The position numbers and the translations under genes were made by a program. The notes under the pieces were generated by a model. That model was not told the DNA's origin and did not search any database. It was given only the letters and a program-made list of their open reading frames with translations. A DNA stretch of 64,000 nt. It comes from Eledone cirrhosa. Taxonomy: Eukaryota. The first letter of the stretch is position 1; each line of letters opens with the position of its first letter. Below, one piece after another: positions 60,483 through 64,000 of the stretch. The stretch is from the NCBI GenBank assembly GCA_964016885.1, contig OZ024740.1, forward strand, positions 142,476,001 to 142,540,000, given 5' to 3'.

Positions 60483-61790
60483 TACTCAGTACATTATCGA
60501 TTAATGTTTAGACCTTGAAATAGATTGCTATAGAAAAGGATGTATTAACGGCAGCTGTTTTATACAATATTAAGGGAGCAGGAATGATAGACAAAACCAT
60601 ACAAACTCAAACTAAAAGCATTTGCTTGATCTTTCACCGATCCTGGTTCAAATCCCACGAGAGCCTAATTTGTCTTTAACAAATATCGATGTGATTCAAT
60701 CGACTATACACTCATCCCGACAAATTAAATCATTATTGGACAAGATATCCCAAAAGTGCTTTCAGATAATTATTAATGATAGCACAAAAGCCTAGTTTTC
60801 CTTGACCTAACTGTTTAGTACATTTGTTTATTTATTTTTTATTCATTTATTTTGACGTGCAAAAACATGTTTGTTGTAAAACATGTAATATGAAGTCAAT
60901 ATGAAATATGAAATTTATGCGTGTAAGCAGTGTGTGATAATGGAAATGTAATGGACTTGTAGAGAGGAAAGAAATAAGGAAGGAGCGAGAAAGAGAGGTG
61001 AAGACGAACATAAGAATGCTGGGGGTGGATAAAAAGAAAAGGTACACACTGTTAAGGTCATTGAGGTCAGTTAGTCATTTTATTATTATTGTTGTTGTTG
61101 TTGTTGTTGCTGTTGTTCACATGTTAAAATATCTTCAAAGAAATTGTACAATACATGCTCATTGTAAATTAGGCAGGGGAGGTGTAGGTAGGGAAATGAA
61201 TGTCTTCCCCCTATTCAACAGCCTAGCGAAATTTTCAAGGTAATTTTTCATAATTATGGAGCAACTATTTACAAATTACTTGTTATTAAAGTAACAATAA
61301 CATTAATTAAAATGGAAGAATTTCAGCAGGAAGCTGCTAATTTGCAACCCTTTAATTTATTTCTTCCACATTCTTTTTACTTCTATTTATTTGGTTATTT
61401 TGATAGAGAAAGAGAGGGAAAATGTTGATTTGCTTTCTTATGATTGTGTAAGTCTCATTTTTTACGTTATAACCACATGCTAAGCGTATATGTTATATAA
61501 CTATACTATCATATCATTGACGTTAATTACTTACCCGCCAAAGGCACAACCAGCTTCAATGATATGAACTGGTATCAACCAGTAATCAAAACAACTTTAT
61601 GGACTCGACGTACCCCTTGCTTTGTTTTATTTTTTCTTTACTTCACTAGAAAGAAGAAAATATTATGGTTTTCTACGTGTAAGTTTCTAAGAGACGTTAC
61701 TGCAATAATAATTTTAATTATGCAGTTTAATTTGCAGTTGAATTCAGAATCTTTAACTTTTTAATGCCGAGTTTCTTCAACCCTCTTAAC

Positions 61791-62013
<223 letters not shown>

Positions 62014-62047
62014 TGATATATATATTATTAAGTGTCAGATTATTAAA

Positions 62048-62150
62048 GGCGGTGGATTGCCAGTATCGGTAGAGGATCGGACGCCATGCTTTGAGTTCAA
62101 ATCCCGCCGAGGTAATTGTTGACCTTGTGCCAAAAGTAGAAACAATTATT
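62048..62150 (+). mobile_element. SINE family A, internally deleted
   Basis: ggcggtggattgccagtatcggtagagg...gagttcaaatcccgccgaggt...ccttgtgccaaaagtagaaac; flanked by the direct repeat attattaagtgtcaga (about 62024-62039 and 62145-62160). Confidence 0.8.
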
Positions 62151-62287
62151 AAGTGTCAGAACCCGACGGCTGAGCGTCTGGAACTAGCTGTTGAAATGAC
62201 TCTTTATAATATATTCTACTAGCCAAGTATCGAGTACTCTGTTGAATAATGGCCTAACCAGTTTCAAATTGAATCCATCATGATTTA

Positions 62288-62297
62288 TCTCTCTCTC

Positions 62298-62358
<61 letters not shown>

Positions 62359-62367
62359 ATGTATGTA

Positions 62368-62433
<66 letters not shown>
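62288..62433. repeat. (TA)n-dominated microsatellite
   Basis: Direct reading. Confidence 0.95.
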
Positions 62434-62436
<3 letters not shown>

Positions 62437-62827
62437 TGAAGAGATAGATGCTAGTGACTTCGATGTTTCAGCCATATAAAGCACCAGCAGAAACTGGAAA
62501 ATCTATTTTACACTCTGCTCAGGTGCATTGAGTGTTCATTCAGTTAAAGTGTGAATCCTTTAAGTCCATTCGTCTTTATAACACCTACTTGAGCGTATCT
62601 GTGTTTGTGTGTGTAGAAATAGGACATTTGGAAACTATAGTGTTTATTTGATCGGTCGAAACGTAGTGTTAAGAAGGAAACACATTTAGATGAAACTGCT
62701 TTGCAAATAGAGTTCTCCGATAGCTTACTGCTCGTTCTACAGCATTCACGTACATTTAAAGTTACTATTCTTATGTATAATGGACTATAGTAAAAGAAAT
62801 GCCTTTCATTATGATAAATAATCTTCG

Positions 62828-63040
62828 GGGCAGTAGATTGGTTGTATCGGTAGAGCATCGGACAACATGCTTTGCGGCATATAGTTAAGGCCTTTTACAT
62901 TCTGAGTTCAAAATCCTGCCGAAATTAGCTTTGCCTTTCATCCTTACAGGCGTCGATAAAATAAAGCACCAGTAACGCATTAGTATAGATTTAATCGATT
63001 TTCCCCTTGCCTTGAAAATGTCAAATGTAGAAATAATTAT
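62828..63040 (+). mobile_element. SINE family A copy
   Basis: ggcagtagattggttgtatcggtagagc...ctgagttcaaaatcctgccg...tttgcctttcatcctta...gtcgataaaataaag. Confidence 0.85.
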
Positions 63041-63055
63041 AATGAATAGTCCTAG

Positions 63056-63240
63056 AGCGGTAGATTAGAAGAATCTTTAGAGCTTTGGAGAAAGTGCGTA
63101 ACAGTATATATTCCAGCGTTTTTTAGTTCGGAATTCAAATCCCAACGTGGTCAGCTTTGCCTTTCGTTGGTTCGGGTTGATCAAATAAAATCCTAGTCAA
63201 GTATTTAAATTTCTGGCCTTGTTCCTATATTAGAAGCTAT
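63056..63240 (+). mobile_element. SINE family A copy, more diverged, in tandem with the previous copy
   Basis: gcggtagattagaagaatc...gaattcaaatcccaacgtggtcagctttgcctttc...ctggccttgttcctatattagaa. Confidence 0.75.
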
Positions 63241-63866
63241 TATGATAAAAAGTCCTGATACTCCTATATGTCTTCACAAATGGACCATGTTCTTTACATA
63301 CTTGTCTTGTCATGCGTCTACATAGTTTATTCTGTATTATTTTAATCCTATCTGCAAATCCTTGTTATTATCACAATGGTGTGTTTTATTGGCATTTAAC
63401 AATGTTTATGACATAAGTAAAAAATGTGTTTCAGATGAATACATTGAAGTATAAAGACATTAATGTAAAATGCGTCGGTAAATAGTGCTTCTGGAATATC
63501 TCTCGTTGCCTAGCATCCAGTATCCTGTTTAAGTCGTGTTCAAATAAGCTATCCTTCAAATATAAATGAATCGATGCTACTTGTAATTGAGTGTGATCGT
63601 TCGTCAAATGTCATTTTCGTTTAGAAATGGTGCAGATGTTTGAGGCAGTCCAGAACCAGCTTTTATGTTTTACTGTCTAGGATTGCTGAAAGTATTAGTA
63701 AACTCCATGAAAACCGTGTTTTCAATGAGCTTTCTTTTTATTGTTCTTCGTATCGTTGTCTCTGGTTGGGGTGGCTGAAACCTTTCACGTGTATCTTCTT
63801 CGGGTTCTTTAGAATATGATACCAGTTAAGCTCAAAACTTAGTATTTGGTAACGTGACCGTGTTTC

Positions 63867-64000
63867 ATTGGATTGGCAGTATCGGTAGAGGGTCGGACGC
63901 CATGCTTTTCAGCATAGAGTTACGGCTCTTTGCCGTCTGAGTTCAAATCCCGCCGAGGTTAACTTTGCCTTTCATCCTTACGGGGTCGATAAAATAAAGT
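63867..64000 (+). mobile_element. SINE family A, young-looking copy cut by the window end
   Basis: tggattggcagtatcggtagagggtcggacgccatgc...ctgagttcaaatcccgccgaggttaactttgcctttcatccttacggggtcgataaaataaagt. Confidence 0.9.

Overview
Eukaryotic, repeat-dominated window with no convincing host protein-coding gene. The SINE families resemble those I recall from octopod cephalopods; this is an inference, not a database result. Positions 1-~44395 are a single satellite array built from a 15-bp unit (AAC AAC AYC ACC ATC) with nested higher-order duplications. The very long ORFs there in all frames are by-products of the repeat. The remaining ~20 kb is a mosaic of microsatellites, tRNA-derived SINEs, an L1/Tx1-type LINE 3' fragment, a decayed Chapaev3-like DNA transposon and a near full-length Neptune-type Penelope-like element (RT + GIY-YIG). 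The most notable signal is at 49.2-59.7 kb: four unrelated sequence families carry minimal type I hammerhead-ribozyme motifs, mostly in inverted or fold-back pairs next to (TA)n tracts. They include a U3-A8 covariant core and an ORF-less ~419-bp retrozyme-like unit. All coordinates were read by eye and may be off by a few bases.
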